Source of the DNA: Anaerovoracaceae bacterium
GTDB lineage: Bacteria > Cyanobacteriota > Vampirovibrionia > Gastranaerophilales > Gastranaerophilaceae
DNA length: 51,689 nt
Assembly: GCA_963602505.1 (NCBI GenBank)
Contig: CAVCIX010000002.1
Coordinates: forward strand, 1-51,689
Direction of reading: 5' to 3'
Position numbers and translations under genes: made by a program. How positions within the stretch are numbered: position 1 is the first letter of the stretch; every line of letters starts with the position of its first letter. The notes beneath the pieces were generated by a model. It was not told the DNA's origin. It did not search any database and saw nothing but the letters and a program-made list of their open reading frames with translations. Of this stretch, positions 43,657-51,689 are shown piece by piece.

Positions 43657-45596
43657 TAAGTCAACCTCAAAACTTCGTAAATGTTCATTTTCTTTTCTTT
43701 ACCACGGATTTTAACCTCTGAAATCTTGATTACATCAGCAATACCACGAACATGTTCGTAGGTTGAAGAGCTAATCAAAAATTGAGTTTTATAAACCTTG
43801 TTATAGCTTTCAATTCTGCTTGCAAGGTTAACCATATCGCCAATTACGGTATATTCTAAACGTTTTTCAGAACCAATATTACCAACGAAAGCTTCGCCAG
43901 TGTTAATACCTACACCGATTTCGATTTTTGGCTTACCCTCTGCCAACCATTTCTTTTGAAGCTCTTGAACCTTTTTAAGCATCGCATCTGCACATTTTAC
44001 AGCATTAACTGCGTGATCCTTATCTTGAATAGGTTCGCCAAAAATAGCCATTACTGCGTCGCCAATAAATTTGTTAATAACGCCGTTATATTTACTGATT
44101 ATCGGTTCGATTTCTGTAAAATATTCGTTTAAGATTATAGAAATTTCTTCTGGTTCTAACTTTTCACTCATTGATGTAAAACCTCTGATATCGGCAAATA
44201 GAACGGTTACATCAGCCTTTTTACCACCTAATTTTACGTTATCAATATTGCTTACAACGTTTTGCATAATGTCTTGAGAAATATATTTTCCCATTGCGTC
44301 TTTAATTTTTTCTTTGTTTCGAGATTCAACAATGAATTTATGCGAATATCCAAAAATCATTGTTACCAATTGAAGCGCAATCGGCGTAATAACTGGCACT
44401 GCAAAGTTCAATTTGTAAGCCAATATCGACATAAAAATGTAAACAATAATCATTACAACCAAAATGCCCAAACCTGTTATCAAGGAATAATTTGAAACAA
44501 TTATAAAGGTCGCAATAACAAGTATAGCCATAATAATCAACTCTTGCGTACCTGAAACAGAACGAACTATTTCATTGTGCAACAAGTTATCTAAATTTGT
44601 AGCCTGAATATCAACCCCAGGGTGCTTGCTTTGCATTGGAGTTGGCAAAGCATCCTCTAAACCTAAGCCTGAAGCCTTCGCGTTAGCGCCAACAAAAACG
44701 ATTTTGTTATCAAAGGCTTTAGGGTCAATTTTTGGCTTTTTGCCAGCTTTTATAGCGTCCATAGAATCAATAATATCTACCGCAGAGTAAGTTTTGTGCG
44801 TGTAGTCTGAATTTTTGTAATTTTTATAGAAGTGAAGGTAATTAAACACACCGCCCCAACGCCAGTGAGTTTGAATTTTTAAATCATCTTCGCCATTTAT
44901 AATCAAATGATTTTTTGTTACTGTAATATTTTCAACATTGTTTAATTTTGCATACATTCTCAAGGCTAAAGACGGATAGAAATTGCCTTTATAATATATT
45001 AATTGTGGCATATCCTTGATAAAACCGTCGATTGGATGCGTCAAAACCCAAACAGAACCAGTTTTTGGCAACGCATTAAAATAACCTTGCGGATATTTTG
45101 ACAAACTATTAAATCTATCTGGCTCAGTTATCTTAACCTTTGATTCGATTGGAATTCCAAATTTTTCTTTAAAATTTTTGTCGTAAATCTTACCTTCTTC
45201 TGCGTTTGTATAAGGCGTTCTCAAAGGATTAAAGCCACCAACAAAGTTATCAAAATTTTTGATTGTATTATATAATTTCAAATCAGCTTGAGGGTTTGTT
45301 TCATCTGGAGTTGTAACAACCGCGTCAAATCCGACGATTTTTGCGTTTGTATAATTTCCCATATAATCGAAAATTTTCGCATACAAATCTCTACTCCAAG
45401 GCCATCTATGACGTTCAATTGACTTGTCGTCAATAACAACAAGCACAATGCCGTCTGAACCCTTGTGATGTGCAACGAAATTTTTAACCATAATGTTATA
45501 CACACGAGGTTCAAAAAATCCGTTAAAAATTATATACACGATAAAAACTAGAATAATAAATGCTATAAATATCAAAAATGGTTTTAGTTTTTTCAT
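43656..45596 (-). CDS. CHASE2 sensor domain - class III adenylate/guanylate cyclase
   Basis: 646 aa. N-terminal TM, an extracytoplasmic CHASE2-like domain of about 330 aa, 3 TM helices, and a cyclase domain (VTVLFADIRGFTSMSE, FIGDAVMAIFG, VIGDMVNLASR). Confidence 0.85.
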   Translation of the reverse strand: MKKLKPFLIFIAFIILVFIVYIIFNGFFEPRVYNIMVKNFVAHHKGSDGIVLVVIDDKSIERHRWPWSRDLYAKIFDYMGNYTNAKIVGFDAVVTTPDETNPQADLKLYNTIKNFDNFVGGFNPLRTPYTNAEEGKIYDKNFKEKFGIPIESKVKITEPDRFNSLSKYPQGYFNALPKTGSVWVLTHPIDGFIKDMPQLIYYKGNFYPSLALRMYAKLNNVENITVTKNHLIINGEDDLKIQTHWRWGGVFNYLHFYKNYKNSDYTHKTYSAVDIIDSMDAIKAGKKPKIDPKAFDNKIVFVGANAKASGLGLEDALPTPMQSKHPGVDIQATNLDNLLHNEIVRSVSGTQELIIMAILVIATFIIVSNYSLITGLGILVVMIIVYIFMSILAYKLNFAVPVITPIALQLVTMIFGYSHKFIVESRNKEKIKDAMGKYISQDIMQNVVSNIDNVKLGGKKADVTVLFADIRGFTSMSEKLEPEEISIILNEYFTEIEPIISKYNGVINKFIGDAVMAIFGEPIQDKDHAVNAVKCADAMLKKVQELQKKWLAEGKPKIEIGVGINTGEAFVGNIGSEKRLEYTVIGDMVNLASRIESYNKVYKTQFLISSSTYEHVRGIADVIKISEVKIRGKEKKMNIYEVLRLT

Positions 45597-45663
45597 AAAA
45601 AATCCTTGTTATACTTTTCTTTTTATTTCATGATATAATAAAACTCAAAAAAAGGATAGAATT

Positions 45664-46272
45664 ATGTATAAAAATGTTATGGATTTAATCGCAGAAGAAA
45701 AAATTTACCCAATCGTTAGAAATAACGATGCGCAAAAAGCAATTGATATTGCTCACGCACTTATTGAAGGCGGAATCAAAGTTTTAGAAATTACAATTGA
45801 AAATCCGTCATTGTACCAAGCAATTTCAGAAGTTTCAAAGGATGCAACTGTTTGCGCAGGTGGTATTATCACTCAACAACAAGCTGAACAAGCTTTGACA
45901 AGTGGCGCTAAATTATTTTCTTCACCAATTTACCAAATGAATATGGTAAAAATTTCAAAAAATAGAAAAATGCCTTTCATCGCTGGCGCTTCAACTCCAA
46001 ATGAAGCTTACAACGCTTGGAAAGCAAGAGTTCCATTAATAAAAATCTTCCCTGTAACTGCTTTAGGTGGCGTTCAATATATTGAAGATATGTTAAGACC
46101 AATGCCATTCTTAAACATTATGCCAATGGGACACATTCAATTAGACGAAGTTCCTGCTTATATCAAAGCTGGTGCCGTTGCAGTTGGTGTTGGTAGAAAT
46201 TTCTATAAAGATTTATCCTTCGCTGAAATTTCAAATCGAGCAAAATCAGTTCTTAGTGAAATAAAAGGCTAA
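45664..46272 (+). CDS. eda: KDPG/KHG aldolase
   Basis: 202 aa with PIVRNNDAQKAIDIAHALIEGGIKVLEITIE and a C-terminal KIFP ... GVG pattern. Confidence 0.8.
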   Translation: MYKNVMDLIAEEKIYPIVRNNDAQKAIDIAHALIEGGIKVLEITIENPSLYQAISEVSKDATVCAGGIITQQQAEQALTSGAKLFSSPIYQMNMVKISKNRKMPFIAGASTPNEAYNAWKARVPLIKIFPVTALGGVQYIEDMLRPMPFLNIMPMGHIQLDEVPAYIKAGAVAVGVGRNFYKDLSFAEISNRAKSVLSEIKG

Positions 46273-46274
46273 AA

Positions 46275-47222
46275 ATGGGCGAAAAGCTAGATATTATAAC
46301 TTTAGGCGAAGCTTTAATTGAACTTTCAAGCGACAAAAGTTTCAAAGACACAACATGCTTTGAAAAATATTTTGGCGGTGATGCTATTGCAACCGCAATT
46401 TGTGCTGCTAGAATGGGGTCAAAAGTCGGATTTATAACTTGTATTGGCAAGGACGCCTTCAAAGACTTTTTGCTTGATGCTTGGAAAGCTGAAAATCTAA
46501 ACATCGACTACGTTAGAGAAGTTGATGAGCAAAATGGCGTAGTTTTGGTATCAAGACACGACGGCTACCCAAAAGAAATTGCTTGCTACCGCAAAAAAAC
46601 TGGTCCAACAAAAATTTCAATAGATAACGTAAACGAAGATTACATCAAAAATACAAAATATTTTTATTCGACAGGAATAACTCAAACACTTTCTATTTCA
46701 GCAAATGAAGCGGTTAAAAAGTGTTATAAAATAGCGAAAGAAAACCACGTTATAACTGCTTATGACCCAAATTATAAACCTTCAATTACATCTGCTGAAG
46801 TTGCAAAAGAAAACTTTGAAGCGGTCATTTCGGATACTGATATTTTATTTTTAAGTGGCAAAAACGATGTAACAAACCTTTTAGAAACAGATTCAATAGA
46901 AAATGTTATAAAATACTGTTGGGATTTAGGCGTGCAAACGGTTGTTGTAAAATCAACAAAAGATTTCGGATATTTCACAGGTTATAAAGGTGATATCATT
47001 TTCTGCAAATACGCAGAAGAACATATTGTTGATACAACCTGCTCTGGAGATGTTTTCAATGGCGCCTTCTTAAACGCATTAACAAACGGTTTAACTCCTT
47101 TTGAAGCAACAAAATTTGCCTCTGCTGTAAGTGGTTTACAAGCACAAAATGTTGGTGCGATAAAATCAATTCCAACAAAAGAAGCAGTAATGAATAAATT
47201 AAAAGAATCGGAAGAAAAATAA
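46275..47222 (+). CDS. kdgK: PfkB family sugar kinase, likely 2-dehydro-3-deoxygluconokinase
   Basis: 315 aa with GGDAIATA and DTTCSGDVFNGAFL (PfkB signature 2). Adjacent to eda. Confidence 0.75.
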   Translation: MGEKLDIITLGEALIELSSDKSFKDTTCFEKYFGGDAIATAICAARMGSKVGFITCIGKDAFKDFLLDAWKAENLNIDYVREVDEQNGVVLVSRHDGYPKEIACYRKKTGPTKISIDNVNEDYIKNTKYFYSTGITQTLSISANEAVKKCYKIAKENHVITAYDPNYKPSITSAEVAKENFEAVISDTDILFLSGKNDVTNLLETDSIENVIKYCWDLGVQTVVVKSTKDFGYFTGYKGDIIFCKYAEEHIVDTTCSGDVFNGAFLNALTNGLTPFEATKFASAVSGLQAQNVGAIKSIPTKEAVMNKLKESEEK

Positions 47223-48238
47223 TGACGAAAAAAGTAGTAATTTCAGGATATTACGGCGCAGACAACTTCGGTGATGAAGCTATTCTTGCGACCTTAATTC
47301 AAAGACTAAAAAAACATAATGCAGAGATTACTGTTTTATCTACAAATCCAGAAAAAACGGCAAAAACACACGGTGTAAACGCAATAAGAAGCTTTGATTT
47401 TGGAAAAGTAAACAAAGCAATATCGAAATGCGATGTCCTTATTTCAGGTGGTGGAAGTTTACTACAAGACGCAACTAGCGTAAAAAGCTTATTTTACTAC
47501 CTTTGGGTAATTTTTACTGCACAATTTCATAAAAAACAAGTCATAATTTTCGCTCAAGGTATTGGACCTATAAACAACAAAATCGGCGAATTTTTTACAA
47601 AAAAACTATTAAAAAAATGTCGTTGGGTAAGCGTTAGAGATGATAAAAGCTTATTCTTACTAAGAAGTTGGGGTGTAAAAACAGACCTTGTTTGTGACCC
47701 ATTGTACGACCTTGAACTAACAGGCTCTACTCCTGAAAATCGCGTAGGTATTCAACTTAGAAGTTTTAAAACTCTAACAGAAAAATTGTTAATAACACTT
47801 GCAAACCGTGTTGCGATTGATTTTGCAGACAAAGAAATAGAAATTTATTCACTGCAAGATTGCAACGATTTAGAAGTCTGCAAACACTTTGAATCGCTTC
47901 TTTTGTCTGTTAATCCTAATTTAAAAACAACAGTTATATCAGGAAAAACTCCAAGCGAAATAATCAAGCTTATGGCAAGCCTAGAATATATGATAGCAAT
48001 GCGTTTTCACGCTATTTTAATCGCGTTAAAATACGGTATCAAAACACTTGCGATAAATTACGATTACAAGGTTGAAACAATCGCAAACGAAGCTTGTATC
48101 CCAGCATTATCAATGCTTGCAACAGAAGACTATGGCTATATGTTCAATCGCTTGAAAAACTTAGACCATAGAGCATTACTTGAATACGCAAACACAAAGC
48201 ACTTCAATTGGGAAGTTTTTGACGCATTAGTGAAATAA
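47222..48238 (+). CDS. csaB: Polysaccharide pyruvyl transferase (CsaB-like)
   Basis: 338 aa with VISGYYGADNFGDEAIL and MRFHAILIAL motifs. Confidence 0.75.
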   Translation: MTKKVVISGYYGADNFGDEAILATLIQRLKKHNAEITVLSTNPEKTAKTHGVNAIRSFDFGKVNKAISKCDVLISGGGSLLQDATSVKSLFYYLWVIFTAQFHKKQVIIFAQGIGPINNKIGEFFTKKLLKKCRWVSVRDDKSLFLLRSWGVKTDLVCDPLYDLELTGSTPENRVGIQLRSFKTLTEKLLITLANRVAIDFADKEIEIYSLQDCNDLEVCKHFESLLLSVNPNLKTTVISGKTPSEIIKLMASLEYMIAMRFHAILIALKYGIKTLAINYDYKVETIANEACIPALSMLATEDYGYMFNRLKNLDHRALLEYANTKHFNWEVFDALVK

Positions 48239-48502
48239 TTTTGCAAAATAATGTTTAAACATTTGAACTATTTTTAACAAAAGCGGAGGTTCTGCATAAG
48301 TTACACCTTTCGCATCAGTCAAAGTAAACGTGTCTTGTTGAGGTTTTCCGAAAATGCTTTTTTCAGCTTTTTCTAGTTCTTCCTCTTCTTCACGTTTTTT
48401 ACGCTCTTGTTCAAAGTAGCCTAAATTACCTGCGCCACCGTCTTGTGTTTTAACGGTTCTGATTGGTGAAATGTTGTTTAAGGGGTTAACGTCAAAACTC
48501 AT
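48227..48502 (-). CDS. Hypothetical small protein
   Basis: Trimmed to the ATG (MSFDVNPLNN...) with GGAGG 9 nt upstream. Charged centre (KKREEEEELEKAEK). The 3' end overlaps the csaB 3' end by 12 nt. Confidence 0.45.
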   Translation of the reverse strand: MSFDVNPLNNISPIRTVKTQDGGAGNLGYFEQERKKREEEEELEKAEKSIFGKPQQDTFTLTDAKGVTYAEPPLLLKIVQMFKHYFAKLFH

Positions 48503-48590
48503 GGATATATCCTCCATCATGTATATACCCAAATTAACGTTTTTTTATGCAAAATTTATCCTATATGTGTAGTATTTGTATAGATAATTT

Positions 48591-50099
48591 TTATTCTTCT
48601 TGTTCTGCACTGTCAATCTTAGGTTGTGCGTCTTTGAAGAAGGTCATTATTATACTAAATATAATGGTTACAAGGATAAATCCCCAACCTGCGATTAATA
48701 AGTTTGAAATCGGATATCCGCCATAAGGATGTCTTATATTTTCTACCAAATAACTTCCGATAATACAAGCAAACACGATTGGACACAAGTATTTAATACT
48801 GAATATCCACATTTTACCGTATTTTAAAGTACAATTTTCGTTAATTATATCCAAAACTTTTTGAGCGCCAAAAATCCAACCTAAAGCAATGGTTTCGATT
48901 AAACCAATCGCAATTAAGTTGAAGTCGTTCATAAAGTGATCAACGATATCAACCCAATACAAACCTGCTCTTGTCGTGTAAATAGTTGCAATCAAACAAC
49001 CTACAACACAGAAGAATACTGCAGTCTTTGTTTTTGATGTACCCAATTTATCTTTAAACGAAGTCGCAACGGCAACAACGATTGAAAATACAGAGCCTAA
49101 AGCAAGAGTGAACAATATAACAAAGAAGATTAATGAAAATGCAATAACCATCCATTTGCCCCCAGGCATTGCAGCAATTGCGGTCGGATAAGTCGCAAAC
49201 GCTAACATCATACCAGAGTGAGTCATTTCAGAAATTGGAGTATGAGTTATATATGATAAATAACCTAAAGAACCAAAGCACGCAAACCCTGCAAAGAAGC
49301 TTACAACCGCATCAGAAATAGCAATAATAATACTATCTGAAGTTACAGGGGCATCTTTTGGCAAATAACTACCATACGCAACCATTATCGAGAATAAAAT
49401 ACTCAAAGAAAAGAATACTTGTCCATAAGCTGCAGCCCAAACGCTAGGTTGCAACAATTTTGACCAATCTGGAACTAAATAGTAATAAATACCTTCCATA
49501 GCTCCAGGTAAAGTTACGGCTCTTACAATCATTACGGTCAATAAAATTAATGGAACTGTAACAACGTAGTTCAATACATCGCTAACTGAATCTACGCCAT
49601 TTCTGATACAGAACCAAATAAAGAACCAACCTAAAAGTAAAGCGCCTAAAATCCACCAGTTAAATCCACCTAAATCTAACATTCCGCTAGAAACTTGTAA
49701 TACGTCGTTTGTAAAAATTTCTGCGGCATTTTTATACATCCAAGGTGATTTTAGCGATAAAAATACGTAATAAATAACCCAAGCAAGAACAACTGAATAA
49801 TAAGACGTAATGCACGATGCAGTACCAACGCCTAACCAGCCAATCCATTCAAACTTAGGGTTCATTTTTTTTAAAGCCATCGGCGCACCTAATTGGAATT
49901 TTTTACCAATAGAAATTTCCATCGCTAAAAGTGGAATCCCAGCAGTAACCAAGGCTACAAAATATGGAATTAAAAACGCTCCGCCACCGTTTTGATAAAC
50001 AATTCCAGGAAATCTCCACATATTTCCTAAACCAACCGCAGATGCAACTGCAGCCATAATAAACGTTAATCGCGAATTCCAAGCGTCTCTTTTTTCCAT
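48591..50099 (-). CDS. Sodium-dependent transporter, neurotransmitter:sodium symporter (SNF) family
   Basis: 502 aa. N-terminal WNSRLTFIMAAVASAVGLGNMWRFP signature and about 12 TM segments. Confidence 0.9.
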   Translation of the reverse strand: MEKRDAWNSRLTFIMAAVASAVGLGNMWRFPGIVYQNGGGAFLIPYFVALVTAGIPLLAMEISIGKKFQLGAPMALKKMNPKFEWIGWLGVGTASCITSYYSVVLAWVIYYVFLSLKSPWMYKNAAEIFTNDVLQVSSGMLDLGGFNWWILGALLLGWFFIWFCIRNGVDSVSDVLNYVVTVPLILLTVMIVRAVTLPGAMEGIYYYLVPDWSKLLQPSVWAAAYGQVFFSLSILFSIMVAYGSYLPKDAPVTSDSIIIAISDAVVSFFAGFACFGSLGYLSYITHTPISEMTHSGMMLAFATYPTAIAAMPGGKWMVIAFSLIFFVILFTLALGSVFSIVVAVATSFKDKLGTSKTKTAVFFCVVGCLIATIYTTRAGLYWVDIVDHFMNDFNLIAIGLIETIALGWIFGAQKVLDIINENCTLKYGKMWIFSIKYLCPIVFACIIGSYLVENIRHPYGGYPISNLLIAGWGFILVTIIFSIIMTFFKDAQPKIDSAEQEE

Positions 50100-50256
50100 T
50101 TTCTACCTCTAATACTTCTACTATTGTAATAATAGTAGCATGAATAAACTAGCCAAAGCATAGTATTTGTAAGCTTTTTAATATTTCTTAATCTTTTTTG
50201 TAAAAAAATGAACAATTTTTAATCACAATCGTTATATTTATGTAAAGAGGTAAAAT

Positions 50257-50613
50257 ATGAAAGAAAAATGCACTAAATTTGAAAGTTTATACTTATTCAG
50301 GTCTGAACAAGAACTTGAAGAACACATAAAGACTTGCCCTGACTGCCAAGCAGAAATGCAAAAAATGGACAGAGTTTCAGAATTAATTCAAGAGGCTAAA
50401 CCATATTTTGCACACAAGCAAAAACAATCTTATACAAGAATGAAGGTCGCGTGCATAATGTGTTTTGGACTATTTGTCGGAACTTTAATCGGATATTTCA
50501 CACAATTTGGTTACTACGTTTCAGCAAATAATTATTCAACAGAATACACAACGCAAACAACCAATGAATACGGCATACCACTAGATAGTTACGGATTAAT
50601 TACGGTAAATTAA
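50257..50613 (+). CDS. Zinc-finger (HX3CX2C) anti-sigma factor, single TM
   Basis: 118 aa with HIKTCPDCQ and one TM (VACIMCFGLFVGTLIGYF). The stop overlaps the sigma factor ATG (TAATG). Confidence 0.65.
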   Translation: MKEKCTKFESLYLFRSEQELEEHIKTCPDCQAEMQKMDRVSELIQEAKPYFAHKQKQSYTRMKVACIMCFGLFVGTLIGYFTQFGYYVSANNYSTEYTTQTTNEYGIPLDSYGLITVN

Positions 50614-51110
50614 TGGACTTTAAAAACATAATTAAAAACAATCAAAATAATGTAAAAAGCATTATTAGATTAATAACCCGCGAAGAAAACGAAGATATAG
50701 AACAAGAAGTCTATATAAAAGTTTGGCAGAAGAAAGACTCTTACCAAGAAAAGGGCAAATTTTTCGGTTGGATTGGCACAATTGCCAAAAATTTATCAAA
50801 AGACTACTTAAAATCTTCAACAAAAAAACTTCAAGAAAATTCTTCCACAGAAGAAAATCTTGTAAATTCAATTCAAGACAACGCAAGCAATCCGGAACTT
50901 GCGTTTGTCAAAAAAGAAAGGCAAAAAAGAATAGTAAAAGCAATAAATTCATTGAAGCCAAAACTAAAAGAAGTAATCATGATGTACGAAATTGACGGAC
51001 TTAGCTATGAATACATTGCAAAAACTCTAAATTGCCCTATCGGAACAGTAAAATCAAGATTATTTACCGCAAAACAACAATTGGCAGAAATTCTTGCTGA
51101 TTTAATTTAA
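50613..51110 (+). CDS. ECF-type RNA polymerase sigma-70 family factor
   Basis: 165 aa. Region 2 (EDIEQEVYIKVWQK ... FFGWIGTIAKN) and region 4 HTH (LSYEYIAKTLNCPIGTVKSRL). Confidence 0.85.
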   Translation: MDFKNIIKNNQNNVKSIIRLITREENEDIEQEVYIKVWQKKDSYQEKGKFFGWIGTIAKNLSKDYLKSSTKKLQENSSTEENLVNSIQDNASNPELAFVKKERQKRIVKAINSLKPKLKEVIMMYEIDGLSYEYIAKTLNCPIGTVKSRLFTAKQQLAEILADLI

Positions 51111-51128
51111 AAAGAAAGGAAATGACTT

Positions 51129-51650
51129 ATGAAAAAAACTCTTATTTTAGCATCAATAATAGCTTTAACAATGACAGGTTCTGCGTTTGCAGGTACAACA
51201 ACTACTCAAACAAAAACTCCACCACCTGCTAAAAACGGTCAAATGATGCCACCTCCACCAAAAGATTTCCACGGTGAAAAGAAAAAAGCAGAATTTGAAC
51301 AACGATTAAAATTGACAGATGCACAAAAAGCTAAAATCGAAAAAACTAGAAAAGCAGATATGGAGAAACTAAAACCTATCAAAGAACAAATTCGTGCGAA
51401 AAAAGAAGCAAAACGTGAAATTATTCAAAAATACGAAGCAACAAACCCAGAATTGGTAAAATTAAATAAAGAAATTCAAGCGTTAAAAGAACAAGAACAC
51501 AAAATTATGGAGGCTAACAGAAAATCTTTTGAATCAATTTTGACAAAAGAACAAAAAGCTGAATTGGAAAAAATGAAAGCAGAACGTAAAAATTTTGAAA
51601 AAAGACACCCAAGACCTGATAGACCAATGCCTTTGAGGGATGAAAAATAA
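51129..51650 (+). CDS. Periplasmic Spy/CpxP-like LTXXQ motif protein
   Basis: 173 aa. Signal peptide ending SAFA/GT, with LTDAQKAKIE and LTKEQKAELE motifs. Confidence 0.7.
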   Translation: MKKTLILASIIALTMTGSAFAGTTTTQTKTPPPAKNGQMMPPPPKDFHGEKKKAEFEQRLKLTDAQKAKIEKTRKADMEKLKPIKEQIRAKKEAKREIIQKYEATNPELVKLNKEIQALKEQEHKIMEANRKSFESILTKEQKAELEKMKAERKNFEKRHPRPDRPMPLRDEK

Positions 51651-51689
51651 AAAATTTATAATAAAAAAGCGCGCGAGCAACATGTTGCT

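Noticed and set aside
50108-50140. 8-bp hairpin ctactatt/aatagtag immediately upstream of the SNF transporter RBS, considered as a possible riboswitch or attenuator.
   Set aside because: It is a short AT-rich stem with no recognisable riboswitch core, so the evidence is insufficient.
1-51689. Looked for CRISPR arrays, reverse transcriptases (retron/DGR), transposases/IS ends, rRNA and toxin-antitoxin pairs.
   Set aside because: No regularly spaced direct repeats, no RT or transposase motifs and no rRNA-like sequence were seen. The only RNA gene supported is tRNA-Ala.

Overview
AT-rich bacterial chromosome segment. All family calls are motif recognition from memory, with no searches run. Envelope genes suggest a diderm (TolC/HlyD/MFS efflux set, Spy/CpxP-like LTXXQ proteins, a prepilin-type protein). 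The lineage cannot be fixed from sequence; the style resembles low-GC gut lineages such as Melainabacteria.

Host genes:
- Core functions: Hsp20, GNAT, PHP phosphoesterase, an operon with a fused B12/radical-SAM protein and RNase E/G, mini-RNase III, Tdk, RecG, a double M16 peptidase, TadA, S15, RuvC, MtnA, Eda-KdgK-CsaB and an SNF transporter.
- Regulation and efflux: a MarR-EmrAB/TolC efflux locus, an OmpR/HK pair and an anti-sigma/ECF sigma/Spy-like module.
- Second-messenger proteins: GAF-GGDEF-HD-GYP, and a CHASE2 cyclase with a receiver.

The most interesting region is a roughly 11.6 kb phage-derived island (about 8.3-19.9 kb) that abuts tRNA-Ala(UGC).
- It carries a large serine recombinase whose stop codon lies inside the tRNA 3' end.
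- It has an S24 peptidase fragment with no start codon or HTH domain.
- Its DnaC-like replication gene contains three palindromic 17-mers, which look like an ori.
- It also encodes two orphan DNA methyltransferases (one with a duplicated target-recognition segment), RusA, a hyper-acidic protein, HNH-TerS-TerL and a holin-like/GH108 lysis cassette.
- It has no virion structural genes, and TerL lacks its nuclease domain.

No CRISPR array, reverse transcriptase, rRNA or transposase was seen. I cannot show that a truly novel system is present; the island architecture is the best candidate for follow-up.
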